This document shows, piece by piece, positions 10,514 through 20,798 of a stretch of 64,000 nt of DNA (position 1 is its first letter; every line of letters starts with the position of its first letter). The translations under genes were made by a program, and so were the position numbers. Source of the stretch: Sulfurimonas sp. SAG-AH-194-C21 (GTDB taxonomy: Bacteria > Campylobacterota > Campylobacteria > Campylobacterales > Sulfurimonadaceae); the NCBI GenBank assembly GCA_029215985.1, contig JAEMVC010000008.1, forward strand, positions 14,997-78,996, given 5' to 3'. Below the pieces are notes generated by a model. The model searched no databases, was not told where the DNA came from, and was given only the letters and a program-made list of their open reading frames with translations.

Positions 10514-11218
10514 TTAAAATACAGGACTTCCATCAAATCCAAATCCACCATCAAATGGACCGAAATTTGGATCCATTAAACCATACTGTGCTGACTTCAT
10601 TCTTAACATCTCTATGTCAGCCTTACTTGAGATGTTTTGAGGACAAACTACTGTACAATTTCCACAAAGTGTACAGTCCCAGATGCCGTTTGTTTGTACA
10701 TCATTCATTTTTTGCTCTACATTTTCTTCACGTTTATCACTTGCATATTTCCAAATGCGAGTGAGAGAAAAGGGCCCTATAAACTCTCCATTTACAGCAT
10801 ATACAGGACAAGCACTATAACAAGACCCACAGAGTATACAATCACTCTGCACTGCGTTTGTTTTAACATCTTCATCATTTAAATTTGTACCTAATGCAAT
10901 TTGTGAGAGCCATGTTTTAGCTTTTTGATTAAAACTATAGGCCTTATCCATGTCTACGACTAAGTCACGGATAACAGATACATTTTTAAGTGGCTCAACT
11001 TTGTCACCATCTTGCACCTTGTACGAACAAGCTAGAACTTCTACCTCATTCACTCTCATAGAACAAGAACCACAGACACTACTTCTACAGCCACTACTAA
11101 AGCACAGAGTATTGTCTTTAGTATGTTTGATATCACTCAAAACTTCTAAAAGTGTTGCACCTTCTAAGCTTGTCTCATACTCACTAAATCCATCATCTTT
11201 GTTTATACTAATCTTCAT
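10514..11218 (-). CDS. Succinate dehydrogenase/fumarate reductase iron-sulfur subunit
   Basis: CRSSVCGSC..C [2Fe-2S]; CILCGSCYSACP; CTLCGNCTVVCP. Confidence 0.9.
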   Translation of the reverse strand: MKISINKDDGFSEYETSLEGATLLEVLSDIKHTKDNTLCFSSGCRSSVCGSCSMRVNEVEVLACSYKVQDGDKVEPLKNVSVIRDLVVDMDKAYSFNQKAKTWLSQIALGTNLNDEDVKTNAVQSDCILCGSCYSACPVYAVNGEFIGPFSLTRIWKYASDKREENVEQKMNDVQTNGIWDCTLCGNCTVVCPQNISSKADIEMLRMKSAQYGLMDPNFGPFDGGFGFDGSPVF

Positions 11219-11231
11219 TTCATCTACTCCA

Positions 11232-12749
11232 CTACACTATATAGTGAGCACCACAGCTCACTTCACGTGCTAATGCACTCTTTACTACAACTTCACAAAC
11301 ATCTAAAGAGTTCTTAAACTCTATAAATTCTATCATGTTAGTATTGTATTTTTTAGATGTATCACTCACCCCAAGTTTAGAGATGTTAGCTTTGATAGCT
11401 TGTACTTCATCAAGTGCCTCTTGAAGTTCTTCTTTTGTTCTAACTATACCTACATTTTTGTAAAAGAGATCACCAAGATGTTCGCGTTTAGCATAAAAAT
11501 CAAGTACATTGTCATACTCTTTAATCTCATCTATCACTGATTTTTTATCTATTGTTATAGAAGTAGTTCTAAGATTCTCTTTTGCATAGAGTGCTGCATT
11601 TAGACCTGCCTCTTTTCCAAAAACTACGATCTCTAAAAGGGAATTTCCACCTAAACGATTTGCACCATGAACTCTATGGTTTGCACACTCTCCACAAGCA
11701 AAAAGACCTTTGAGTGAAGTCGCAGACTTTCTATCAACTTTTATGCCACCCATAGTGTAGTGCGCAACTGGACGAATTGGCATAAGCTCATGAACGGGGT
11801 CTACATTTTCATAAAGTTTTGCTAGTTTTCTCTCTTGAGGAAGACCCTCATCTATAAGTTTTTCACCTAAGTGTCTTATGTCTAAAAAGACACTCTCACC
11901 TTTTTTTATCTCAGTGTCAATTGCACGACTTAAAACATCACGGGGTGCTAATTCTTTAGTAAATCGTTCACCCTTAGAGTTGATTATATAACCACCCTCT
12001 CCACGTGCTGATTCGCTTATGAGTATGCTAGAGTTCTTCAGTCCCGTTGGATGAAACTGAACAAACTCCATGTCAATTAGTTCTGCCCCCGCTCTCTTTG
12101 CTGTAGCTATACCATCACCTGTTGAAGCACTTGAGTTAGTAGAGTTTTTAGCATAAATACGACTATACCCTCCACTTGCAAGTATCACGGCGTTTGCTTC
12201 GTAAATCTCAACTTCTCCACTACGGATATCTAAAACTTTAGCACCACACACTACATCTTTTTCATCTTTTAAAATCTCTAACAAATACTTCTCATTTTGT
12301 ATCTCTATGTCAGCTCTCAAACATCTGTCATAAATAGTGTGCAGTATTTTAAGACCAGTGTAGTCTTGAGCATAACAAGCCCTAGAAGCACTCGCACCAC
12401 CCAAAGCACGTTGTGCAACTTTTGCATCACTTGTTCGAGAGAAACAAACGCCGATGCTGTCTAACCACTCTATCGCTTTTGGAGCCTCACTACACATATA
12501 CTCTATAGCCTCAGGGTCTGCTTGACCGTGTGCTGATTTAAGTGTGTTAGCGATGTGATCTGCAACACTATCTTCTCCAGCATTTCCAAGGGCTGCGTTT
12601 ATGCCCCCTTGTGCCATACATGTTTGAGAGCGTGTTGGGTACTCTTTTGTGAGTACTATTACTTTTGCACCACTTTCTTTAGCATTAAGGGCAGCTGTTA
12701 GTCCTGCTCCCCCTGCACCGATTATTAAAACATCACATTTTTTATTCAT
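11232..12749 (-). CDS. Succinate dehydrogenase/fumarate reductase flavoprotein subunit
   Basis: GAGGAG, AQGG, MEFVQFHPTG, ESARGEGG, HYTMGG, HGANRLGGNSL. Confidence 0.88.
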   Translation of the reverse strand: MNKKCDVLIIGAGGAGLTAALNAKESGAKVIVLTKEYPTRSQTCMAQGGINAALGNAGEDSVADHIANTLKSAHGQADPEAIEYMCSEAPKAIEWLDSIGVCFSRTSDAKVAQRALGGASASRACYAQDYTGLKILHTIYDRCLRADIEIQNEKYLLEILKDEKDVVCGAKVLDIRSGEVEIYEANAVILASGGYSRIYAKNSTNSSASTGDGIATAKRAGAELIDMEFVQFHPTGLKNSSILISESARGEGGYIINSKGERFTKELAPRDVLSRAIDTEIKKGESVFLDIRHLGEKLIDEGLPQERKLAKLYENVDPVHELMPIRPVAHYTMGGIKVDRKSATSLKGLFACGECANHRVHGANRLGGNSLLEIVVFGKEAGLNAALYAKENLRTTSITIDKKSVIDEIKEYDNVLDFYAKREHLGDLFYKNVGIVRTKEELQEALDEVQAIKANISKLGVSDTSKKYNTNMIEFIEFKNSLDVCEVVVKSALAREVSCGAHYIV

Positions 12750-12776
12750 ATTTTTTCCATTTAATTATTAAGTAAA

Positions 12777-13181
12777 TTATAGCATAAGCGTTAAGACATA
12801 GTAACGAAGTACTCTTAGTGAGCCAGCGATGATAACAAACCAAACAAACTTTAACCTAACAAGACCGGCGACAAGTGTTAGTGGGTCACCGATAAGTGGT
12901 AACCATGAGAGTAGTAGTGTGAAGTAACCATACTTATGTCCAAGTCCATAAGTTTTTTTACCGCTCTTTGATTTGAAAAGTTTTGTTTTTGTTTTTTCAT
13001 ATAAAAAGTAGCCAATATAGTAATTAAGGATGATAGCTAAAATATTTCCACTTGAAGCACTAAGCATTGCATTAAGAATCGGCATCTCATTTGTTATTGC
13101 TAAATAAAATGCTGCTTCAGATGAGAATGGAAGGATAGTTGCTGCGAGGAAAGCAGAAATAAAGAGTGCTATTTCTGCCAT
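12777..13181 (-). CDS. YqaA/DedA family membrane protein
   Basis: FLAATILPFSSE, LLSWLPLIGDPLT..AG. Confidence 0.9.
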   Translation of the reverse strand: MAEIALFISAFLAATILPFSSEAAFYLAITNEMPILNAMLSASSGNILAIILNYYIGYFLYEKTKTKLFKSKSGKKTYGLGHKYGYFTLLLSWLPLIGDPLTLVAGLVRLKFVWFVIIAGSLRVLRYYVLTLML

Positions 13182-13187
13182 GATATA

Positions 13188-14111
13188 CTAGAAAGTATCT
13201 TTGATATTTTGTACTACACCTGCTATAAGTTTTTCTCTGGCTTCTATTGAAGTCCATGCTATATGCGGGGTAATGTATAGATTATCTCTGTTTTTAACAC
13301 TTAAAAGTGGATGATTTTCTCTCATAGGTTCTTTAGTTAAAACATCTAAACCAAAAGAGATATTTTTCTCATCGATGATGCGAGCAATGGCATCTTCGTT
13401 GATGATACCACCGCGTCCAAGGTTTAAAATAATTGCGCTCGTCTTACAAGTTAACAACTGTTCATAGCCTAGAAGGTTGTTTGTTTTATCATTAAGAGGT
13501 GCATGGATAGTGATAATATCACAAGTTTTCAACATCTCTTCAAGTGTACTTCTTTGAAAATCTTCTGTACGATTCACACCACTCGTTGAGTAGTAAGAGA
13601 CATCCGCTCCAAAAGCTTTAGCTATATTTGCAACACCACGACCGATATTTCCAAGGCCGATGATCCCCCACTTTTTTCCTTTGACTTCAAAGAAAGGTTG
13701 AGAGACATTTGTAAAGATAGCACTTCGAGAATAAGTTCCATCTTTAACCACTTCATCATAATAACGAGAGTGTCCAAGCAAATAAAATAGCAATGAAAAA
13801 GTGTGTTGGATAACTGAGTCAGTTGAGTACCCAGCTACATTTTTCACTTCAATGTTTAACTTTGCAGCTGCTTCAAGGTCTACATTGTTCATACCAGTTG
13901 CTGCTATACAGATAAGCTTTAGTTTTTTAGCACTCAACATAAACTCTTTAGTGATAATAACCTTGTTAGTAACGATAGCCTCTGCGTTTGTTATTCGCTC
14001 CTGCGTTTCATTAGCTGAAGTTGTAGCAAACACTTCTACGTCTCCTAGACTATCAAACGAAGATAAGTCTGTTCCCTCAAAAGTCAAGGCATCAAGTAAA
14101 ACTATTTGCAT
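13188..14111 (-). CDS. D-2-hydroxyacid dehydrogenase
   Basis: GIIGLGNIG, HAPLN, NLGRGG, ITPHIAW. Confidence 0.92.
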   Translation of the reverse strand: MQIVLLDALTFEGTDLSSFDSLGDVEVFATTSANETQERITNAEAIVTNKVIITKEFMLSAKKLKLICIAATGMNNVDLEAAAKLNIEVKNVAGYSTDSVIQHTFSLLFYLLGHSRYYDEVVKDGTYSRSAIFTNVSQPFFEVKGKKWGIIGLGNIGRGVANIAKAFGADVSYYSTSGVNRTEDFQRSTLEEMLKTCDIITIHAPLNDKTNNLLGYEQLLTCKTSAIILNLGRGGIINEDAIARIIDEKNISFGLDVLTKEPMRENHPLLSVKNRDNLYITPHIAWTSIEAREKLIAGVVQNIKDTF

Positions 14112-14112
14112 A

Positions 14113-15279
14113 CTAATTATCTTTTATTTTTTGAATTAAGTCACGAGCTTGTTCTACTGCTGAGTCTACTTCATCATAAACTAAAGCAACAGCTAAACGA
14201 CGGCCTTTGTGTGCTTCTGGCTTAGAGAAAACTCTTACGAATGAGTTATCTGAAAACAGTGAATCATCTACACTTATCACAGGAGCATTTGAATGTGCCA
14301 TCTCTGTTTTGTATGCAGCAGATGCACCAGAACCATAAAAAGTAAATCCAAGTGGAAGACCAAGAACGGCACGAAGATGAAGTGCAAACTCACTCTGAGA
14401 CTGAGTAATGAGAGTAACCATACCAGTATCGTGTGGACGAGGAGATACTTCTGAGAAATACACTTCATCACCTTTGATAAAAAGCTCAACACCAAAAAGA
14501 CCACGACCACCTAACCCATCTGTAATAGTCTTAGCCATCGCCTCTGCTTTTTGTTTTGCCACTTCGCTCATCTGCATTGGCTGCCATGAAAATACATAGT
14601 CACCATCGCGTTGCTCATGCCCGATAGGCTCACAAAATACCGTTTCACTACCATTACGAACAGTAAGCATAGTTATCTCATAATCAAAATCAACAAAAGC
14701 TTCAACGATTAACTCACTTGCATCACCACGCGCCTCTTTAGCTGTTTCCCAAGATGCAGGAACATCTTCCTCACTACGACAGATACTCTGACCATGACCC
14801 GATGAACTCATAACAGGCTTTATAACACAAGGATAACCCATGCGTTTACTTGCCTTTAAAAGTCCCTCTTGGGTAGTAACAAATTCATAAGGACCAGTTT
14901 GCAGATCAAGTGTTTCTGCTGCAAATGTACGAATATTTTTTCTATTCATAGTCTTACTCACTGCGTTTGCATTAGGAATAACATTGTAACCCTTATCTTC
15001 TGCTGCAAAAAGAGCATCAATACTTATAGCTTCAATCTCAGGTAAAATATAGTCAGGTTTTTCACGGTAGATAATCTCTAAAAGTGCATTTTTATCCTGC
15101 ATGTCTACAACATAAGAACGGTGTGCCACATGATGAGCAGGTGCATTTTGGTAACGGTCAACTGCGATGACTTCAAGTCCTAAACGTTGAGCTTCGATAG
15201 CTACTTCTTTTCCAAGTTCACCAGAACCGAGAAGCATTACTTTTTTTGAGTTTGATTTGAGGGGTGCAGAGAATTGCAT
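14113..15279 (-). CDS. purT: Formate-dependent phosphoribosylglycinamide formyltransferase
   Basis: [31 protein letters not shown]. Confidence 0.97.
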   Translation of the reverse strand: MQFSAPLKSNSKKVMLLGSGELGKEVAIEAQRLGLEVIAVDRYQNAPAHHVAHRSYVVDMQDKNALLEIIYREKPDYILPEIEAISIDALFAAEDKGYNVIPNANAVSKTMNRKNIRTFAAETLDLQTGPYEFVTTQEGLLKASKRMGYPCVIKPVMSSSGHGQSICRSEEDVPASWETAKEARGDASELIVEAFVDFDYEITMLTVRNGSETVFCEPIGHEQRDGDYVFSWQPMQMSEVAKQKAEAMAKTITDGLGGRGLFGVELFIKGDEVYFSEVSPRPHDTGMVTLITQSQSEFALHLRAVLGLPLGFTFYGSGASAAYKTEMAHSNAPVISVDDSLFSDNSFVRVFSKPEAHKGRRLAVALVYDEVDSAVEQARDLIQKIKDN

Positions 15280-15335
15280 ATAAGTTCCTAATGATTAAAT
15301 ATTAGGATAATTATATCTAAAAGAGATAAAGAGAT

Positions 15336-15362
15336 AAAACTAAGGAGAATTTCCTTAGTTTT
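15336..15362 (-). terminator. Intrinsic terminator hairpin at the flgE stop
   Basis: AAAACTAAGGA-N5-TCCTTAGTTTT, perfect 11-bp inverted repeat. Confidence 0.65.
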
Positions 15363-17109
15363 TCAGACCGATTAGAGTCTGTAAAAGTTGATCTGAAGTC
15401 GTAATTGTTTTACCATTCGCTTGGAAACCACGCTGAATGATGATGAGTTGAGTTAAGGCTCGTGAGAGGTCAACATTTGATGCTTCAAGAGCCGATGACT
15501 GGATAAATCCACGTCCAGCTGTTGCTGCTGTACCGATAATAGGGTCACCTGAGTTAGCTGTTTGAATATAAACATTACCACCCTCTGCGCCAAGACCTTC
15601 ATTGTTGGTGAATTTTGCCATTGCAATCTGTGCTAAACCAAAAGAACGACCATTTGAGAATGAACCAACTAAAGTACCAGACTGATCGATTCTAATACCA
15701 ACTAAGTCCCCACCAGTAAAACCATCTTGGCTAATCCCTGAGGTAGATGATTTACTATCAAAAGATGTCATACCATCAAATTTATTGGCTGTACCAAAAG
15801 ATAGGTTTATCGTTTGGTTTTCTTTTGAACCATTGTTTGCTGTAAATGAGATGTTACCTGGGTTCACACTTGAGAGAGATCCATCATTGTTAAAAGTAAT
15901 AGAACCAGTTTTTTGATTTCGTGGAATTATAGTACTGATTTCTGATGGTTCTGGTACCGTTATGGTAATATTCCATTGGTTTGAAGATACCTTTCTAAAT
16001 GCTGTTTGGACCGTATGTTTTGTTCCAAGTGAGTCAAAAACATCTATACCGCTTCCATGTGTAGCTGCATTAAAGCTCTGTGAAAAAGATGTAGAACCTG
16101 GAGATCCCTGTGGTAAAAATGATTCTAGTGCTTTGATACCTGTTGTAAAACGAACATTTTCGACAACTCCATTGGCTGGATCGCTATAGGCTGTAATGAC
16201 AATGTTTAAGTCCGTACCAGCTGCTTCATTGTTGATAGAAATTTTTCCTGCATTATCTACTACAACTGTAGCACCAGCACTTACAGCAGTAACATCAGTA
16301 CGAATAAGATCTGTTAAGTCCTTCATAGTTCTAAAACTTCCCGCAGGTAAGGGTGTTGTCGTACCATCATATAGATAGGTAGTAGAAGTAGCTCCTCCGT
16401 CATAAGAGACATCTACCCCTTGTCCATCTTTGAGAGAAAAGGCCTCTCCTGAAGGATTAAACATGACACCTATATCACCAGAAGATACAGCAGTACCATT
16501 TTTATCTGTAACAGTACCTGCATTATCTATCTCATAAGCCGGAGAAAAATTCTCAACAAAAGGTCCTGAGTTAAGATTTGCTTTGAGTACTATCTCTGAG
16601 GTTGGACTCGCTGGAGTTGTCAGTCCTGGGGGAATGTTAATATCTTGAATTGGTGAAGTCGAGTCAACTTTCCCTGTATCAGGATCTCTCAACCAACCTT
16701 GAGTAATAAAACCGTTGTTATCTACAAAGTTTCCACCTGCATCAAACTTAAAATCTCCTGCACGTGTATATTTGTAACTATTTCCTCCATCCGGAGAGAT
16801 TACAAAGAAACCATCACCTTGAATAGCAACATCGGTATTTTTATCAGAGTTTTGAATACTTCCTTGGGAGAAGATACGTGTAGCAGAACCAACTGTAGAG
16901 CCCAGTCCAACTTGAACAGGATTTTTACCTCCAAGTTGCCCCTGAGGTGCTGTTGCTATTGCTCTTGTCTGTGCTAGTAAATCAGAAAAGTTTGCTCTTG
17001 AGTATTTATAACCTACTGTATTAACATTTGCAATATTATTTGACTCGATATCCATTGCTACTTGTGAAGACTGTAGTCCAGATACACCGGAAAATAAAGA
17101 TTTTAACAT
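15355..17109 (-). CDS. flgE: Flagellar hook protein
   Basis: SLFSGVSGL..NNIANVNTVGYK; YTRAGDF; LEASNVDL..QRGFQAN. Confidence 0.96.
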   Translation of the reverse strand: MLKSLFSGVSGLQSSQVAMDIESNNIANVNTVGYKYSRANFSDLLAQTRAIATAPQGQLGGKNPVQVGLGSTVGSATRIFSQGSIQNSDKNTDVAIQGDGFFVISPDGGNSYKYTRAGDFKFDAGGNFVDNNGFITQGWLRDPDTGKVDSTSPIQDINIPPGLTTPASPTSEIVLKANLNSGPFVENFSPAYEIDNAGTVTDKNGTAVSSGDIGVMFNPSGEAFSLKDGQGVDVSYDGGATSTTYLYDGTTTPLPAGSFRTMKDLTDLIRTDVTAVSAGATVVVDNAGKISINNEAAGTDLNIVITAYSDPANGVVENVRFTTGIKALESFLPQGSPGSTSFSQSFNAATHGSGIDVFDSLGTKHTVQTAFRKVSSNQWNITITVPEPSEISTIIPRNQKTGSITFNNDGSLSSVNPGNISFTANNGSKENQTINLSFGTANKFDGMTSFDSKSSTSGISQDGFTGGDLVGIRIDQSGTLVGSFSNGRSFGLAQIAMAKFTNNEGLGAEGGNVYIQTANSGDPIIGTAATAGRGFIQSSALEASNVDLSRALTQLIIIQRGFQANGKTITTSDQLLQTLIGLKN

Positions 17110-17163
17110 AATATATCCTTTATGTTACTCTCATTTAAAAGAGAGTATTAGTATAGAATATAT

Positions 17164-17180
17164 AGCATTTAGTGTACCAA
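17164..17180 (-). promoter_or_regulatory. sigma54 -24/-12 promoter of flgE
   Basis: TTGGTACACTAAATGCT (GG-N10-GC) about 55 nt upstream of the ATG. Confidence 0.8.
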
Positions 17181-17195
17181 CTTTTATAAAAAGTT

Positions 17196-18446
17196 CTAAG
17201 AACCCATGCTTAAGGCTTTTTGCATCATTTCATCAGCCGTAGTAATTGATTTTGAGTTCGCATCGAATGAGCGTTGTAAGATTATGAGCTCAGTTAGGCC
17301 ATAAGAAAGTTCTATATTTGAACTTTCAAGAGAAAAATTCACAACTTTAGTACCATTGATATTATTACCATTAGAGTCCTTACGAAATAGTGCATCTCCA
17401 CTATTAGAACTTGTTCTAAAGCGTGTACCATTTACACGGTCTAATCCCTGCTCGTTTTGAAAATGATAGACAGCAATTTTACCAACACTACTCTGCTCCC
17501 CATTAGTAAAAGTAGCCATTACCTCTGCATTTCTGTTTATAGAGTAGCCTACTAAATCTCCGCCAACTGCTCCATCCACTGAACTTGAGGCAGAAAGGGG
17601 TAAATTAACTGAAACCACTCCATCAAATCCCTTTCCTAAACTAATAGCAATATTTGCCCCGTTATTATTGATATTTGATAAGGTATTTATGGATAGGGCA
17701 CCGGCTTCATCGAACTCTATAGTTCCTACTTGTGTATCATAGATGGTCTTTGCATCTGCAGTCTGAGTCATAGCGGTAACGGAATACTGACTACCCGGTA
17801 CTACTTGTATTGGATTCTTTATGAATTCTAAACGCAACTGATTTCTATTACCTTGGGGATCAACTACAGATGTACTCATCGTTACTGGTTCAAAGCCAAC
17901 TCCAATATTCCCTAAAAATTTTGCCTCTGCTGTTGGAACTGTGGGATAAGAAAGTGTTCTTGGAAAACGTAGTTTTTCTTGTGCTCCAACATCACCAAGT
18001 TGTAGTTCATCTATTTTATTTATTAAAACATTATCATCACTGATATTATTTCCCTTAGTTCCTAAGACATAAAACCCATCACTTGTTACAAGGTCGCTAT
18101 TCGCATCAAAACCAAAGGCACCATCACGAGTATAGATAGGTTCTCCTTCACCTAAAACACCAAACCACCCCTCACCTAAAATCGCTAAGTCAGTACTTCT
18201 TTCCGAAAGAGTCAACACTCCTTGGTCTTGCATCATACTTGTTGTTTGTACCTTAACACCAGAACCGATAGAACCACCAGAAACAGTTCCTGTAGAAATT
18301 TCATCTTCAAACATACTCGAAAATTCTGTTGTATAACCTCTAAACCCTATCGTGTTAAGATTTGCAATGTTATTTGATAATACATCAATACCTAAAGAAC
18401 TATTTTGAATTCCAGAGATACCTGTATAAAAAGCTTGAATTGCCAT
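17196..18446 (-). CDS. Second, shorter FlgE-like hook-basal body protein
   Basis: NNIANLNTIGF, YTRDGAF, LESSN...QRSFDAN; directly follows flgD. Confidence 0.9.
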   Translation of the reverse strand: MAIQAFYTGISGIQNSSLGIDVLSNNIANLNTIGFRGYTTEFSSMFEDEISTGTVSGGSIGSGVKVQTTSMMQDQGVLTLSERSTDLAILGEGWFGVLGEGEPIYTRDGAFGFDANSDLVTSDGFYVLGTKGNNISDDNVLINKIDELQLGDVGAQEKLRFPRTLSYPTVPTAEAKFLGNIGVGFEPVTMSTSVVDPQGNRNQLRLEFIKNPIQVVPGSQYSVTAMTQTADAKTIYDTQVGTIEFDEAGALSINTLSNINNNGANIAISLGKGFDGVVSVNLPLSASSSVDGAVGGDLVGYSINRNAEVMATFTNGEQSSVGKIAVYHFQNEQGLDRVNGTRFRTSSNSGDALFRKDSNGNNINGTKVVNFSLESSNIELSYGLTELIILQRSFDANSKSITTADEMMQKALSMGS

Positions 18447-18474
18447 AATAGCCTCCTCTTAAGAATAAACTTAT

Positions 18475-19140
18475 TTAGTAGATTTCTACTATATCCTCTA
18501 ATGGAACATAGTTGGAACCTACTTTTACCAAGGTGTTACCATTCTCAAATCTCATTGACTCTATTGGGTATGCACCGAGTCTTGTTTGTTGTGCTGCACC
18601 AGCTTGGTCAGTATAGTTTGCATTGACACTATATATCCCACTTGAAGCTGCATTGCCTGCTGCATCTAAACCATCCCATGTAAATTGATAAACACCTGCT
18701 GGATTTTTAGCTAAATCTAATGTACCAACAGTATTACCATCTTTATCAGTAATATCTATAATTCCTTGCTCTACTGCATTTGGAAAATATACTTCAAATG
18801 TAGAATTAATACCTTCAGTATAGGAGATACTATCACTTCCTAAATCTGCAGTTTTTCCAATTGCTGCAATTGCACTAAATTGTTGTGAACCTACTAAAGC
18901 GACAGATAACTTTTCAAGTGCTCTAGTTGTATTTTGTGTTGATTCTAGGGCAGCTAGTTGAGAAGTTTGATTTAAAATCGTTTCAGAATCTGTTGGTGCA
19001 GTAGGATCTTGATACTGTAACTGAACTAATAGTAACTTTAAAAAATCATCTTTTCCAAGTATCCCGTTTGGATTACCATCTGCAACATTTGTCACGGGTG
19101 CTATAGTAGCACTTGGGTCTGTAATTGATGTAATACTCAT
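18475..19140 (-). CDS. flgD: Flagellar hook capping protein
   Basis: LGKDDFLKLLLVQLQYQDP; FTWDG.D..G Ig domain. Confidence 0.95.
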   Translation of the reverse strand: MSITSITDPSATIAPVTNVADGNPNGILGKDDFLKLLLVQLQYQDPTAPTDSETILNQTSQLAALESTQNTTRALEKLSVALVGSQQFSAIAAIGKTADLGSDSISYTEGINSTFEVYFPNAVEQGIIDITDKDGNTVGTLDLAKNPAGVYQFTWDGLDAAGNAASSGIYSVNANYTDQAGAAQQTRLGAYPIESMRFENGNTLVKVGSNYVPLEDIVEIY

Positions 19141-19150
19141 AATATATCCT

Positions 19151-20731
19151 TTATGCGTAGTGTGGAACTACAATTTCTAAAGAGTTTAAAATCTCTTCAT
19201 TTTTTTCTTCATTTGTGAAGTAGTCATACTCTTCTTTAGCTTCTTTCCTCTGTTGAGGATTTTGCTGTTCTTGTCCAAAACTACCTTGTTGTGAATTCTC
19301 AGAGTTGTTATTAAAGTTTAATATAGCATTATTTATTCCACTATTTGTAAGTTGTAGTTTTAAATCATTTGCATTCAAAGCTAAAGTATTAATTGCGGCA
19401 TTGTTTGAACTAAGATTTATATGGAGATTTTTTCCACGCTGTACAACAGTTAGCTCAATTGAACCAAGTTTTTGTGGATTAAGAGCGACTTTAATTCTAG
19501 TAAAGGGTGATTTATAATCCTCAATAGCTGTTTTAACATCTTGAGATAAATATCTTGTCATCTGTTTTGCTTCATTTAGTTTTATCTCAAAACTATCTGC
19601 TTTTAGAAGATTTAAACCATCAAGTTTTGTATTTTGTGGATTTTCACTTATTGTACTTCTTATAAGGGACTCTAAGGACTTAGCGATATCTGTAGTTGCC
19701 TGTGGTGCAATTACTCTTGCCGTTGCTACTGAAAAGTCAGGGCTAAACATATCATTTTTAGAAACTTTTTCACCACGAAGAAGTAAGTTCAGAGTATCAG
19801 CCACTTTTTTCTTTTGAATTTTTGGTAACTCTACATCCACTTTTAATTGTCTTACTTGTACTATCTGTTCAGTTGTAAACTCGCTTATAGCTTGTGCCTT
19901 AAAAATTGGAATCTTGTTAATATCTATCTTAGTAACTTCTTTACTCTGCGTTTGTACTATCTCAGTTTTTGGAACTTCTTTACTCTGTGTTTGTACTATC
20001 TCAGTTTTTGGAACTTCTTTACTCTGTGTTTGTACTATCTCAGGTTTTGGAACTTCTTTACTCTGCGTTTGTACTATCTCAGGTTTTGAGACTTCCATTT
20101 TAGTAACTTCTTTACTCTGTGTTTGTACTATCTCAGCTTTTTGTGTAGCTTTTAAAATACTTTCTAAAGGTTTCAATTTCTCTTTTGGGATTTCTATTGC
20201 CTTTTTTTCTAAAGCCTGTACTCTGCTTGTAAGTACTGGTTCTTTAGCAGATAAACGAACTTCTTCCATAGTAATTTTACTCAAGTCTATTCCTAGTGTC
20301 TTGGCGAATACTGCTAAACCTTTGAGTGTTTTAGGTAAATCTTTTATATCTAAGTTTTTAAATTCAGGGAGGCTTTTTATCTTATCTTTTAAGTATGTTT
20401 TTGCATCAGATATTAGTATTTTTAACTCTTTTGTAGTGATTTGTGAAGCTATTTGAGGGTTGAGTTCTAAGGGGGATTCTAAAGTTTTTAAAGACTGAAT
20501 ATCACTTTTTAAAAGTGCTAATAACTTTTCTTTAGGAGACAATACTTTAGTCTCTTCTTTGGATAAGGAAAGTAAAAGTACCCCATCTTTAAGAACTTGA
20601 GGTTTATCTTTTGACTCTATACCTATCCCTTTTAAAAGTTGAGAAAAAGAGAGAATAGGTTCTTCACTACTTGCCAATAAACTCAAAGGTGAAGATCCAT
20701 TTATTTGAACTTTTGCGCCTAATGTAATCAT
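19151..20731 (-). CDS. fliK: Flagellar hook-length control protein
   Basis: C-terminal LNPQKLGSIEL..L..L motif; upstream of flgD. Confidence 0.88.
   Translation of the reverse strand: MITLGAKVQINGSSPLSLLASSEEPILSFSQLLKGIGIESKDKPQVLKDGVLLLSLSKEETKVLSPKEKLLALLKSDIQSLKTLESPLELNPQIASQITTKELKILISDAKTYLKDKIKSLPEFKNLDIKDLPKTLKGLAVFAKTLGIDLSKITMEEVRLSAKEPVLTSRVQALEKKAIEIPKEKLKPLESILKATQKAEIVQTQSKEVTKMEVSKPEIVQTQSKEVPKPEIVQTQSKEVPKTEIVQTQSKEVPKTEIVQTQSKEVTKIDINKIPIFKAQAISEFTTEQIVQVRQLKVDVELPKIQKKKVADTLNLLLRGEKVSKNDMFSPDFSVATARVIAPQATTDIAKSLESLIRSTISENPQNTKLDGLNLLKADSFEIKLNEAKQMTRYLSQDVKTAIEDYKSPFTRIKVALNPQKLGSIELTVVQRGKNLHINLSSNNAAINTLALNANDLKLQLTNSGINNAILNFNNNSENSQQGSFGQEQQNPQQRKEAKEEYDYFTNEEKNEEILNSLEIVVPHYA
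19929..20136 (-). repeat. Five in-frame ~39-bp repeats in fliK (EIVQTQSKEVPK)
   Basis: ACTTCTTTACTCTGYGTTTGTACTATCTCAG occurs five times. Confidence 0.9.
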
Positions 20732-20777
20732 TCTATACTCCTTATACCTATTCCCTTCTAGAGGTTTTTAGATATAA

Positions 20778-20794
20778 AGCATTAAATATTCCAC
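20778..20794 (-). promoter_or_regulatory. sigma54 promoter of fliK-flgD-flgE-like operon
   Basis: GTGGAATATTTAATGCT (GG-N10-GC). Confidence 0.75.
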
Positions 20795-20798
20795 TTTT

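Noticed and set aside
15355-18446. Two flgE-like genes as a novelty
   Set aside because: Two hook paralogs are already known in Campylobacterota
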